Shown here in pieces: positions 1 through 9,171 of a stretch of 64,000 nt of DNA. Within the stretch, counting starts at the first letter, position 1. Each line of letters starts with the position of its first letter. The DNA is from Thermoanaerobaculia bacterium. GTDB taxonomy: Bacteria > Acidobacteriota > Thermoanaerobaculia > UBA5066. Location: positions 31,251 through 95,250 of the forward strand of contig JAJVIN010000017.1 of assembly GCA_022071945.1 (NCBI GenBank). The letters are read 5' to 3'. Made by a program: the position numbers and the translations under genes. The notes under the pieces are model-generated. The model was not told the origin of the DNA. It saw only the letters and a program-made list of their open reading frames with translations, and did no database searches.

Positions 1-2725
1 GCGAGACGAAGTCGCCGCCCACGGAGAGCCAGGCGCCTCCCGGTCCGATCTTCGTCCCGAGCCTCACGGGATCCGTCCCCGCGTTCTGGATCTTCACCCG
101 CTGGGACGGCGGGTTCCCCGCCCCCGTGTGGCGGAAGGTGATCTCGTTCGTGCCGGCGTACCTGAGCTGGGAGCCGCGGCTGTCGGCCGGACCCACCTCG
201 AAGACGGAAAGCGTGACCACGGAAGACACGCTGCCGCCGTCCCACGTCCCCGTGAGAACGCCCGTCATCTGGCCGGCGCTGGCCGTCACATCGGACCCGA
301 ACGTCAGCCTGGTGGTGACATCCTGTCCGGGTGCGACGCCATTGAATTGAAAGGGCGTGGCCCCGGCCAGGATCCCTGATGTCGACAGGGCCAGGGAACC
401 CGGGGATCCGCCCGTGTTGCGCAGGACGACCTCGAAGTCAGCCGGTGCTGCCGCACCTTTCACCACGGACAGGACCGGAACAGCCGTCAGAACAGTGAAC
501 AGCGCCGGGGGCACTCGCACATTCACTTTGGCCGCGGCGGAAAAACCGCCTTCACATCCCGTCGCCGAGATCGCCCGGACGCGGAAGCAAGCGACAGTGG
601 CCTCCCCGGCAGGCGTTGGCACCGTGATCCAGGTGTTGCGGGTCGAGAGCCGCTCGGGATCGGCGCACGAGTCCTTTGTGGAGACCTCCACCTCGTAGCT
701 CCCGCCCGACGCGACGTCGACGGTCGCCGTCCAGCCGGCCGTGATCGGCGAGCCCGCCGATACGGCAGCAGGCAGGGACGTGATGGAGGGGGGCTCCGGC
801 TTCTGGCAGGACGTGACCGTCAGACTGTAGGACTTCTGTCCCGGGCAACCCCCACCGTCAGTCGCCCCGACGACGAAGCTGAACGAGCCGGCCGCCGACG
901 GGGTTCCCGACAGGGTCCCCGCGCTGAAACTCAGCCCCGCCGGGAGATTCCCTTGAAGGCTCCACTGATAGGGCGAGGTGCCGCCAGATGCGGTGAACGT
1001 CACCGAGTAGGCCTTGCCGAGCTCCGCTGAAGGGAGCGCCGCCGGCGAAATCTCGATGACGGGGCAGGCGACCCCGGCCTGATTGACGAGAAAGTCCACG
1101 GTCGCGACGCGGATCGTGCCGGAGCGGGCCGAGCGCCCGGGGTTCGCCAGAACGGAATAGTCGACCGTCCCCGGGCCCGTTCCCGAGGAGGCTCCAGTCA
1201 GGACGATCCAGGAAGCGGAGGGCGATGCGGTCCACTCGCAGCCCATGTCTGTCTGGACGAGGAGACTCATCCCGGACGCGCCCTCGGCGGTGAAGCTCGC
1301 CTCGCTCGGGACGACTCCGAAGCCGCAGGCCGCTCCCTGCGTGACCGTGAAGGTCTGGCCCCCGGCTGTGATCGTCCCCGTACGTGCCGCGCCAGTGGAT
1401 GCGGCGACATTGAACACGACCGCGCCGGTGCCGGTTCCGGAGCTCCCCAGAGTCACGACAATCCAGTTCACGTTGGAGACCGCCGTCCAGGCGCAGCCAT
1501 TGGCGGTGATGACGGCGAAGGTCAGTCCGGTGCCGCCGCCCGCCGGGACCGACATCGAGGCCGGCTCCAGCGTGTACGTGCACGAGCCTCCCTGATGCAC
1601 CGTGAACGTCTGACCGCCCGCCGTGATCGTGCCCGTGCGCGAGGGACCCGGGTTGGCGGCGACCGAGAACGTCACGACACCCGGTCCGTCACCGGAGAAG
1701 CCGCCCGTGATCGGGATCCAAGTCTCGTTCGACGTCACCGTCCAGGGACATCCCTGGCCCGTGACGACAGCGAACTGAAGCCCGCTGGCGCCGGAGTTCG
1801 ATACGTTGGCGGACGAGGGATCGAGCACGTAGGTACAGGTCCCGGCCTGGTTCACGGTGAAGGTCTGGCCGCCAGCCGTGATCGTCCCGCTCCGCGCGGC
1901 CCCCGTGTTCGGCTCGACGAAGTAGAAGACACTGCCCGGGCCGCTGCCGGTACTGCCGCCCGTGACGAAGATCCAGGCCGCGGTGGAAACGGCGCTCCAG
2001 GCGCAGCCGCCGAGGGTCTGAACCGCGAACATCTGCTGAGCGGCCCCGCCCACCCCGATCGATGCGGATGTGGGATCGAGCGAGTAGGAGCAGCTCGCCG
2101 CCGCCTGATTGACGGTGAAGACCCGGCCGGCAACGGCGATCGTCCCGGAACGCGCCGCCCCGGAGTTCGTCTGGACGGAGAACGTGACGGCTCCGGGTCC
2201 GCTGCCCGAGGATCCTCCCGTCACCGTGATCCACCAGGAATCGGCGCTGGGGGCGGCCGTCCAGGCGCAGCCGCTTCCCGTTTCGACCTGGAACGAAAAG
2301 CCCGATCCGCCGAGAGCGGGCACGGTGGCGCTGTCGGGAGCCAGGAGATACGAGCAGGACCCGGCCTGAGTGATCGTGAAGGCCGACGAGCCGATATTGA
2401 CGATCCCGACTCTCGCCGGCCCCGGGTTCGGCCCCACGAAGTAGAGAAACTGTGCGGGGAGGGGCCCCGTGTAGGGTCCGGCATTCAGGAGATCGATCCA
2501 GGTGTCCGACGTCTGGGCTGTCCACATACACCCCCCCTGCGTCGTGACAGTGACGGGGGTGAACTGGGTCATCCCGGCGACCCCGACGGACGCCGTGGGA
2601 GGCATCACTTCATACGTGCACTGCCCCGCAGCGCGAGGCGCCGGAAGGAGCAGGAGAACCAGAAGACCGTTGAACCCGAGAAACGCACATCGCCCGCGCC
2701 GGGCGTTGCTGATGAGCTCGAACAT
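1..2725 (-). CDS. Secreted repeat protein, 3' end truncated by the window edge. It has an N-terminal signal peptide, about six tandem BACON-like repeats of roughly 85 aa, then putative Ig-like domains.
   Basis: I translated the minus strand by hand from the ATG at 2725. It reads MFELISNARRGRCAFLGFNGLLVLLLLPAPRAAGQCTYEV, which is signal-peptide-like. A unit recurs along the protein with the pattern QAGSC.Y.L.P.SA.V...GG.G..F.V.T..GC.WTA.S...WI.VTGGSSGSG.G.V.F.V..N.GAARSGTI.V.G..FTVNQA. It is followed by LPAGLSFSAGTLSGTP-type Ig-like segments. The frame stays open to position 1. It is absent from the supplied ORF track because no stop falls inside the window. Confidence 0.7.
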   Translation of the reverse strand, partial: MFELISNARRGRCAFLGFNGLLVLLLLPAPRAAGQCTYEVMPPTASVGVAGMTQFTPVTVTTQGGCMWTAQTSDTWIDLLNAGPYTGPLPAQFLYFVGPNPGPARVGIVNIGSSAFTITQAGSCSYLLAPDSATVPALGGSGFSFQVETGSGCAWTAAPSADSWWITVTGGSSGSGPGAVTFSVQTNSGAARSGTIAVAGRVFTVNQAAASCSYSLDPTSASIGVGGAAQQMFAVQTLGGCAWSAVSTAAWIFVTGGSTGSGPGSVFYFVEPNTGAARSGTITAGGQTFTVNQAGTCTYVLDPSSANVSNSGASGLQFAVVTGQGCPWTVTSNETWIPITGGFSGDGPGVVTFSVAANPGPSRTGTITAGGQTFTVHQGGSCTYTLEPASMSVPAGGGTGLTFAVITANGCAWTAVSNVNWIVVTLGSSGTGTGAVVFNVAASTGAARTGTITAGGQTFTVTQGAACGFGVVPSEASFTAEGASGMSLLVQTDMGCEWTASPSASWIVLTGASSGTGPGTVDYSVLANPGRSARSGTIRVATVDFLVNQAGVACPVIEISPAALPSAELGKAYSVTFTASGGTSPYQWSLQGNLPAGLSFSAGTLSGTPSAAGSFSFVVGATDGGGCPGQKSYSLTVTSCQKPEPPSITSLPAAVSAGSPITAGWTATVDVASGGSYEVEVSTKDSCADPERLSTRNTWITVPTPAGEATVACFRVRAISATGCEGGFSAAAKVNVRVPPALFTVLTAVPVLSVVKGAAAPADFEVVLRNTGGSPGSLALSTSGILAGATPFQFNGVAPGQDVTTRLTFGSDVTASAGQMTGVLTGTWDGGSVSSVVTLSVFEVGPADSRGSQLRYAGTNEITFRHTGAGNPPSQRVKIQNAGTDPVRLGTKIGPGGAWLSVGGDFVS

Positions 2726-2768
2726 CGATCCCTCCGTGTTCCCGACTGCCCCAGGCGTCGGAAGTCAG

Positions 2769-2800
2769 AGCCGGCCGGTTCCTCCGGCCGGCTCCCGTTT
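2769..2800. terminator. GC-rich hairpin: a 10-bp stem (agccggccgg / ccggccggct) with a 5-nt loop, lying in the gap between two convergent or tandem minus-strand genes.
   Basis: Perfect inverted repeat seen directly. The U-tract is weak, so function as an intrinsic terminator is uncertain. Confidence 0.3.
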
Positions 2801-2813
2801 CAGGCCGGCGCGT

Positions 2814-4922
2814 TCACTTCGCCGCGGGCTTGCAATACCGGTCGATCCACTCGAGAACCGTCTCGTGCCACTGCTGGGAGTTGTTCGGCTTGGCGACCCA
2901 GTGGTTCTCGTCCGGGAAGACGAGAAGCCGCGAGGGAACGCCCTGCCGCTGGAGGGCCGTGAAGGTCGACAGTCCCTGCACGTAAACGACCCGGAAGTCC
3001 TTCATGCCGTGGACGACCAGGGTCGGCGTCTTCCACTTCGAAACGTGGTCGATCGGATTGTGCTTGGTGTAGGTCGTCTTCGGATCCCACGGCAGCCCGC
3101 CGTGCTCCCATTCCGGGAACCAGAGCTCCTCGGTATCGTAGTAGGCCATCCGCTCGTCGAGATTGCCCGAGTGGACGACGAGCGCCTTGAACCGGTTGGT
3201 CTGGCCCGCGATCCAGTTGATCATGTAGCCGCCGTAGGAAGCACCGAGGGCACACATCCTGTTGGGATCGAGAAACGAGTACTTCTTGAGCGCGAAGTCG
3301 AGGCCCTTCATCAGGTCCTCGTACGGCGCCCCGCCCCAGTCTCCATTGATCGCGTCCGTGAAGGCCTGTCCGTAGCCGGTCGAGCCATGGAAGTCGATCA
3401 TCACGGCGGCGTAACCGGCGCCCGCGTAGAACTGCGGGTTCCACCGGTAGTGGAAGTCGTTGCCGAAGGAGCCCTGCGGGCCGCCGTGCACGAGGAAGGC
3501 GACCGGGTACTTCTTCGCCGGGTCAAAGCCGGCGGGCTTGACGACGTAGCCGTAGACCTTCTCGTTTTTCGCTCCCGTGAATGTGAACTGTTCCGGCTGA
3601 CCGAACTGCGCCGAGGCAACCCTCGCATCGTTGATCCCGGTCAGCTTCTCGGGCTTGCCGCCCGAAAGGGGGACGAGGTAAAGCTCCGTCGGACCCAGGA
3701 GAGAGTGCAGACCGTAGAGGATCCGGCCTCCCTTGACGGTCTGCGGGGACTCGACAGACCCTTCTCCGACGACGATCCGGCTCTTCCCGGTCGCCACGTC
3801 CGTGGCGAAAAGGGCCTTCTGTCCAAGGTGGTCCGCGGTCGTGATCAGCTCCTTGCCATCCTCCGACCAAGAGAGCGACTGCGGCGAACGGTCTCCGAAC
3901 TTCCCGTCATCGACGCGAAGGTCGATCGAACGCTCCTTGCCCGAGGCCAGCTCACGGACGACGATCCTGTAGCGATCGGCCTCGTAGCCCGCGCGCGACA
4001 TCGCGAGGTAGGCGAGACTCTTTCCGTCCGGCGAGAAGCGAGGGCTCGTGTCCCAGGCGGGATTCTGGGTGATCCGCTTGGGAGGAGACGCGCCAGCCGC
4101 GGTTGGCGCGCCAACCACGGTTGGCGCGCCGTCGGCCGGGACCGAGAAGAGGTCGTAGTTGGTGGACCACGCCTCCTTGGTCCCCTCGTCCTTGGCGGTG
4201 AAGATCAGGGTTTTTCCGTCGGCCGACAGGGCGGTCTCGTCGAGCCCGCCGAACGGCTTGGAGGGAGCATCGGCATCCATGGCCGGCATGAGGTCCTTCG
4301 CCGGGCCCCCCGGGAGCGGGAAGACGAAGACGTGGTTGCGCGTCCCGTCCTTCCAGGTGTCCCAGTGGCGGACCATGAGGCGGTCGTAGACCTTTCCCGA
4401 GCGCTTCGACTTCTCGCGAGTGTCGAGCTCCTGCTTGGTCTCCGCAGGGCTCTTCCCCGGAAAGACCGCCATCGCCAGAACGAGCGACTTTCCATCGGGA
4501 GAAACCTCGAAGTCATCGATGTCGAGGGGTTCGCGGGTGATCTGTTCGGGCTCGCCGCCGTTCAAGGGGAGGCGCCACACCTGACCCGAGCCGCTCCTCG
4601 TCGAGAGGAAGTAGAGGCTCTTCCCATCGGCGGCAAAGCGCGGGTTCGTGTCACTTGCCTCGTTTGCCGTCAGCCGCCTCACTTCCCGTGTCGTCAGGTC
4701 GAGGAGATGGATGTCGGTCCGGCCCTTGTTGGCCTCCATGTCGGTGACGCGGACTGTGAAGGCGGCGAGTCTCCCATCCGGGGAGACGCGAGGATCGGAG
4801 ATTCTCTCCATCGCCAGCATGTCCTTGACGGAGAAGGGGTGTGTCCCTTCGGCCAGAGCCGGGCTCGTCAGGCCGAGGGCACACAGCCCAACCAGGGGCA
4901 AGAATCGGAAACTAGTTCTCAT
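2814..4922 (-). CDS. S9-family serine peptidase (prolyl oligopeptidase / acylaminoacyl peptidase type) with an N-terminal TolB/PD40-like beta-propeller. Secreted.
   Basis: 702-aa ORF. Signal peptide MRTSFRFLPLVGLCALGLTSPALA. Nucleophile elbow GASYGGYM (GxSxGG). C-terminal HGMKDF...FPDENHW block typical of the S9 alpha/beta hydrolase domain. Confidence 0.9.
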   Translation of the reverse strand: MRTSFRFLPLVGLCALGLTSPALAEGTHPFSVKDMLAMERISDPRVSPDGRLAAFTVRVTDMEANKGRTDIHLLDLTTREVRRLTANEASDTNPRFAADGKSLYFLSTRSGSGQVWRLPLNGGEPEQITREPLDIDDFEVSPDGKSLVLAMAVFPGKSPAETKQELDTREKSKRSGKVYDRLMVRHWDTWKDGTRNHVFVFPLPGGPAKDLMPAMDADAPSKPFGGLDETALSADGKTLIFTAKDEGTKEAWSTNYDLFSVPADGAPTVVGAPTAAGASPPKRITQNPAWDTSPRFSPDGKSLAYLAMSRAGYEADRYRIVVRELASGKERSIDLRVDDGKFGDRSPQSLSWSEDGKELITTADHLGQKALFATDVATGKSRIVVGEGSVESPQTVKGGRILYGLHSLLGPTELYLVPLSGGKPEKLTGINDARVASAQFGQPEQFTFTGAKNEKVYGYVVKPAGFDPAKKYPVAFLVHGGPQGSFGNDFHYRWNPQFYAGAGYAAVMIDFHGSTGYGQAFTDAINGDWGGAPYEDLMKGLDFALKKYSFLDPNRMCALGASYGGYMINWIAGQTNRFKALVVHSGNLDERMAYYDTEELWFPEWEHGGLPWDPKTTYTKHNPIDHVSKWKTPTLVVHGMKDFRVVYVQGLSTFTALQRQGVPSRLLVFPDENHWVAKPNNSQQWHETVLEWIDRYCKPAAK

Positions 4923-5013
4923 ACATTGATCGTACCTCCGGCGGGGCCATTGCCGGGGGGGACGGTCCTATACTCCGGTGCGGTCCACGAGACTAAGCGG
5001 AGGAAAGAGCGAA

Positions 5014-5622
5014 ATGGCACGACTAGAGAAACTCTTCGAGAGCGGCCGCGCGATCGAGGCCGATTACTTCCACAAGAAGGAGCAGGAGCTCATCGCGAAG
5101 CTCCGTCAGCGGGCGGCCAGGGTGGCCGAGCGCCAGGGGCTGGCGGAAGAGACGGGTATTTCCGACGAGGCGATTCTCCAGACGCTCGAAGAGCTTGGTT
5201 TCAGCCGCGACCTGGTCAAGGTGGTCCACATGTTCCCGCTGGTGGCGGTTGCCTGGGCCGACGGCGAAGTTTCCGACAAGGAGAAGGGTCTCATTCTCCA
5301 GGCAGCGCAGGTCTGGGGCGTGGCCGAGGGAACGCCTGGCCATGCCAAGCTGACCGACTGGCTCGAGAAGCGCCCGGACCCGGCCTATGCCGATCAGCTC
5401 ATACGCGTGATCAAGGACATCAAGTCCGTCCGTCAGGAAGGCAAGCAGGAGCAATTCGAGACGAACATCCTGAACCTGTGCACGCAGGTCGCCGAGGCCT
5501 CCGGAGGATTCCTGGGCCTCGGACGCAAGATCTCGATCGAGGAACAGCAGGTGATCGACCGGATCACCCGCGAGATCGCCACGAACCACCCCGACGCCGC
5601 CAGGAAGGTCTCTGAGACCTGA
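5014..5622 (+). CDS. TerB-like (tellurite-resistance TerB / DjlA N-terminal type) domain protein
   Basis: ATG at 5014 preceded by GGAGGAAAGAG. Motif VAVAWADGEVSDKEKGLI is typical of the TerB family. The product is all-alpha and charged. Confidence 0.6.
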   Translation: MARLEKLFESGRAIEADYFHKKEQELIAKLRQRAARVAERQGLAEETGISDEAILQTLEELGFSRDLVKVVHMFPLVAVAWADGEVSDKEKGLILQAAQVWGVAEGTPGHAKLTDWLEKRPDPAYADQLIRVIKDIKSVRQEGKQEQFETNILNLCTQVAEASGGFLGLGRKISIEEQQVIDRITREIATNHPDAARKVSET

Positions 5623-5670
5623 TGAGCCCGAGAACGGGTGAGGCCGGGATAGGGGCCTGACTCCACTTCG

Positions 5671-6456
5671 ATGAAGGTCGCGCTCCTGCAACTCGACACC
5701 GTCTGGGAGGACTGGCAGACCAACCACGGCCGGGCGGCACGCCTGCTCTCCCGCGCCGCCAGTCTAGGCGCGGAGCTCGCGGTCTTGCCGGAGATGTTCG
5801 CGACGGGGTTCTCGATGGACCCCGGACGCGTGGCCCAGGAGCCGGGCGGCCCCACCGAGCGGTGGCTTCTCGGCATGTCTCGAGGACTCGGGCTCCACAT
5901 CCTCGCGGGGGTGGCGGAGATCGAGGTCCCGAGACCCGTCAACAACGCGCTTCTCGTCTCGCCGGACGGCGGGATCGAGCGGTTCTCGAAGCTCCATCCG
6001 TTTTCGTTCGCGGGGGAGCACCACCACTACGCCTCCGGGTCGTGCGTGACGACGTGGCTGGTGCGCGGAGTCCGGGTCACGCCCCTCATTTGCTACGACC
6101 TGCGGTTCCCGGAGGTCTTCCGGCTGGCGGCGGAAGAGACCGATGTTTTCATCGTGATCGCCAACTGGCCCGACCGCCGCAGGGAGCACTGGCGGACCCT
6201 CCTGCGCGCCCGGGCAGTCGAGAACCTGGCCTACGTCGTCGGGGTGAACCGGGTGGGCGACGGCGATGGCCTCCACTACGCGGGCGACTCGGCGGCGATC
6301 AGCCCGTGGGGAGAGACTCTCGTCTCGGCCAGTGAGGCCGAGACGGTCCTCGTGGTCGAGATCGACCCGGGGGAGGTCGCCTCCGCGCGGAGCCGCTTCC
6401 CAGTCCTTTCCGACCGACGGACCTCGGGCGTGTCCCGGCGGCTTCCTACCGGCTGA
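5671..6456 (+). CDS. Carbon-nitrogen hydrolase family protein (nitrilase / omega-amidase-like)
   Basis: 261 aa. Catalytic E-K-C triad context present: LPEMF, SKLHPF, LICYDLRFPE. Confidence 0.9.
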   Translation: MKVALLQLDTVWEDWQTNHGRAARLLSRAASLGAELAVLPEMFATGFSMDPGRVAQEPGGPTERWLLGMSRGLGLHILAGVAEIEVPRPVNNALLVSPDGGIERFSKLHPFSFAGEHHHYASGSCVTTWLVRGVRVTPLICYDLRFPEVFRLAAEETDVFIVIANWPDRRREHWRTLLRARAVENLAYVVGVNRVGDGDGLHYAGDSAAISPWGETLVSASEAETVLVVEIDPGEVASARSRFPVLSDRRTSGVSRRLPTG

Positions 6457-9136
6457 CGGGCCGGGCGGCCGTCACGGCGACTCCCTCGGCGACGGCCAGG
6501 CTGGAGACCGGCTCGACGAGCTCGGCCGTGAGGCTCTTTCCGTCCCTTGCGATTCCAAACGTCTCGATGGCGTGGCCCGGATCCGGTGAGAGAAGGACGC
6601 GACTCTCGATGGGGGACCGCGCGTTCGGATCGAAATCCGACACCAGGATGGCGAGGGCCCCTTTCTCGTCGAGGCCGGTATAGGCGATGCTCCGGCCATC
6701 CGGGAACCAGCGGGACCGCCCGAGACCTGGCCTGCGGCCCGACCCGGCTTCCAGGACGAGGGGCAGCTGTTCTCCTGAGCGAAGGCGGACGAACCGGATG
6801 ACCGAGCGCCCGCCTTCTCCCGCCGCGAGATAGGCGGCGATCTCGCCGTCCGGCGAGACCTCGGGCAAGAGAGCCCGGCCCTTGATCAGCTGGTCCTCCT
6901 GGCCCGAGGCGAGATCCACGCGCCAGAGCCCGAGGCGGGCCGGGTTCGTGGAGCTGTAGACGGCGAACCGCCCGTCGGGCGTGGGAGACGGATTCTGAGC
7001 GTCGACGCCGTCGTTCGAGAGCCGTTTCAGCCCCGAGCCGTCGGAGCTCGAGATCCAGATCTCGAAGTAGCCGGTCCGGTTGGAGCTCCACAGAAGCCGG
7101 TCCCCGCCGCCCACAAAGGCCGGATCCCACTCGTCCGCGGAGTTCTCCGTGAGGTTCTTGAGCGCGCCGTTCTCCAGCGAGAGACGCCAGAGCTCCCAGT
7201 TCCCCGTCCTGTTGGAGGCGAAGACGACAAAACGCCCGTCCGGCGAGTAGACCGGCTGGCGGTCGGTTCCCGGTCCGTGAGTGAACCAGCGCCGGCTCCC
7301 CGTCACGTGTTTTCCCGAAAGGCCGAGCTCCTGGAGGTTTCCCCGGATCACCCGGGCTTCCAGGACCAGCTTGCCCTCGTCGAGGATGTCCATGCCGAAA
7401 CCGAAGCTCGGGAGCCAGAAGAGTGTGCGGGTCTTCTTCGGCCTTCCCGGAGTCACGAGGAGGAGCTCCGAGGCCCTGTTGGCGTTCAGGACGAAAGGCG
7501 TACTGTTTTCCGCCCGGGCGAAGACCAGGCCGCGGTCACCCGCCCAGGCCGCGGCGGAAACCGTCGCCCCGGCCCCTTCCATGACCGGAGTGAGGGTCCG
7601 CGATTTGACGTCGACGATGAAGTGCCCTCCCAGGGTGTCGGACAGGGGATCGCTCGTCACGACGATGAGGCCGCCATCGGGCGACCACCTCGGCTGGTGG
7701 AGCGTCAGGCGCTCCGCCTCGACGATGATCCTCGGATCCCCGCCGTCGGCCGTGGCGATCCCGACGAGCGAGACGCGCTTGCCCCCGCGCTCGAGCCACC
7801 GCGTGAAGACGACCTCCCTGCCCGATGGCGAGTAGTCGGCCCCGCTGACGTCCGTCAAGAGCCGCCGCGGCTCTCCTCCCACGGCCGGGACCCGGAAGAG
7901 CTCGCCCTGCCCGTTCAGATCCCTGATGAAGAGGATCTGCGAGGCGTCCGGTGAGAAGCGCGGAGCATCATCCGGCCCCTCCGTGAGGGGGACCTCGGCC
8001 CCGGTCTGAAGGTCCTTGAGCCAGATCCTGAAGCGGCCGTCGCGAGCGGAGACGAACGCGATCAGGTCGCCTCGCGGCGAGGCGTCGGGCGAGAAGTCCT
8101 GGCCGGAAAACGTAAGGGGCCGGACCGGTGGAGGCACGAACAGGGGGGGGCTGCGAAGAACCCAGCCGAGGCAGAAGGCGGCGGTCACACAGACGAGCGC
8201 GACCCCGATCCAGGGGAGGAGATGCAGGACTCCCGGCCTCCCCGCCTCGCCCTCTCCCCTCGTTGGCTGGGGCGCCGGCGCGGGCACGGTCTGGATCCGC
8301 TCGACGGCCTCCAGGGCGAGAAGGAGCTCTCGAGTCGACCCGTAGCGCTTGCGCGGGTCCTTCTCGAGGCAGCGGCGCACCACGTCGAGAAGGGCAGGGG
8401 GAAGTCCTGGAACCATCGTACCGAGCGGCTTCGGTTCGCTCTCGATGATGGCGACCATGGTCTGGACGGCCGAGCCGCTCGCGAAGGGCAGGTTCCCGGA
8501 GAGCATCTCGTACAGGAGGATCCCGACGGCGAACTGGTCGGACTGGAACGTCACGGGCTCGCCCCGGGCCTGCTCGGGCGACATGTAGTAAGCGGTCCCG
8601 ACGACGAACCCCGTCCGGGTGAGCCTCTCGTCGGCGTGGGACCACTCGATCCCCGAGGTGGGCGTCAGCTTCGCGAGACCAAAGTCGATGATCTTCACCA
8701 GGCCGTCCGGCCGGATCATGATGTTTTCCGGCTTGAGGTCCCGGTGGACGATTCCGGCCTCGTGCGCCTTTGCGAGACCCGCGGCGGCCTGTTTGGCGAT
8801 CTTCAGCGAGGATCGAAGAGACAGCGGGCCCCTGTCGAGCCTGTCCCTGAGCGACTCTCCGGGCACGAGCTCCATCACGATGAAGGGGTTGCCGTCGAAG
8901 TTGCCGGTGTCGAACACCGTGACCAGATTCGGGTGGGACAAGGACGAAGCGGCCCGGGCCTCCTGGATGAAGCGGGACAGGGCGGCCGGGTCCGGCGAGT
9001 TCTGCACCAGGATCTTCAGGGCGACGTCGCGTCCGAGCTTCGTGTCCCTGGCCTGGTAGAGGGTGCCCCCTCCGCCGCCGCCAAGAGGCGCGATCACCTC
9101 ATAGGGCCCGATGCGCGTGCCGGATTGCAGAAACAT
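6446..9136 (-). CDS. Ser/Thr protein kinase with a transmembrane segment and a long C-terminal TolB/PD40 beta-propeller region
   Basis: Kinase subdomains present: GxGxxG-like LGGGGGGTLYQA, VALK, HRDLKPEN, DFGLAK, SPEQ. Then a hydrophobic segment and repeated 'SPDG'-type PD40 repeats. Confidence 0.9.
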   Translation of the reverse strand: MFLQSGTRIGPYEVIAPLGGGGGGTLYQARDTKLGRDVALKILVQNSPDPAALSRFIQEARAASSLSHPNLVTVFDTGNFDGNPFIVMELVPGESLRDRLDRGPLSLRSSLKIAKQAAAGLAKAHEAGIVHRDLKPENIMIRPDGLVKIIDFGLAKLTPTSGIEWSHADERLTRTGFVVGTAYYMSPEQARGEPVTFQSDQFAVGILLYEMLSGNLPFASGSAVQTMVAIIESEPKPLGTMVPGLPPALLDVVRRCLEKDPRKRYGSTRELLLALEAVERIQTVPAPAPQPTRGEGEAGRPGVLHLLPWIGVALVCVTAAFCLGWVLRSPPLFVPPPVRPLTFSGQDFSPDASPRGDLIAFVSARDGRFRIWLKDLQTGAEVPLTEGPDDAPRFSPDASQILFIRDLNGQGELFRVPAVGGEPRRLLTDVSGADYSPSGREVVFTRWLERGGKRVSLVGIATADGGDPRIIVEAERLTLHQPRWSPDGGLIVVTSDPLSDTLGGHFIVDVKSRTLTPVMEGAGATVSAAAWAGDRGLVFARAENSTPFVLNANRASELLLVTPGRPKKTRTLFWLPSFGFGMDILDEGKLVLEARVIRGNLQELGLSGKHVTGSRRWFTHGPGTDRQPVYSPDGRFVVFASNRTGNWELWRLSLENGALKNLTENSADEWDPAFVGGGDRLLWSSNRTGYFEIWISSSDGSGLKRLSNDGVDAQNPSPTPDGRFAVYSSTNPARLGLWRVDLASGQEDQLIKGRALLPEVSPDGEIAAYLAAGEGGRSVIRFVRLRSGEQLPLVLEAGSGRRPGLGRSRWFPDGRSIAYTGLDEKGALAILVSDFDPNARSPIESRVLLSPDPGHAIETFGIARDGKSLTAELVEPVSSLAVAEGVAVTAARPVSR

Positions 9137-9171
9137 GTTTGAAAAGTCTAGCGGATCCAGCCGGAAGGCCT

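Noticed and set aside
1595-2962. 455-aa plus-strand ORF, plus the 858..1583 and 1689..2531 minus-strand ORFs from the track
   Set aside because: The real gene here is the minus-strand BACON-repeat protein in a different frame, running 2725 to 1. The ORFs listed in the track give Arg-rich nonsense.
4101-4130. Perfect 16-bp palindrome ggttggcgcgccaacc, followed by a second copy of ggttggcgcgcc, inside the S9 peptidase gene
   Set aside because: It lies in-frame within a low-complexity GAPT-repeat linker of the peptidase. It is most simply a small slippage duplication in GC-rich coding sequence, not a regulatory or mobile element.
2502-5615. 1037-aa plus-strand ORF spanning the S9 peptidase and TerB-like region
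   Set aside because: It is antisense to a well-supported peptidase gene. Its translation is Arg/Pro/Gly-rich with no domain-like segments. This is the usual high-GC open-frame artefact.
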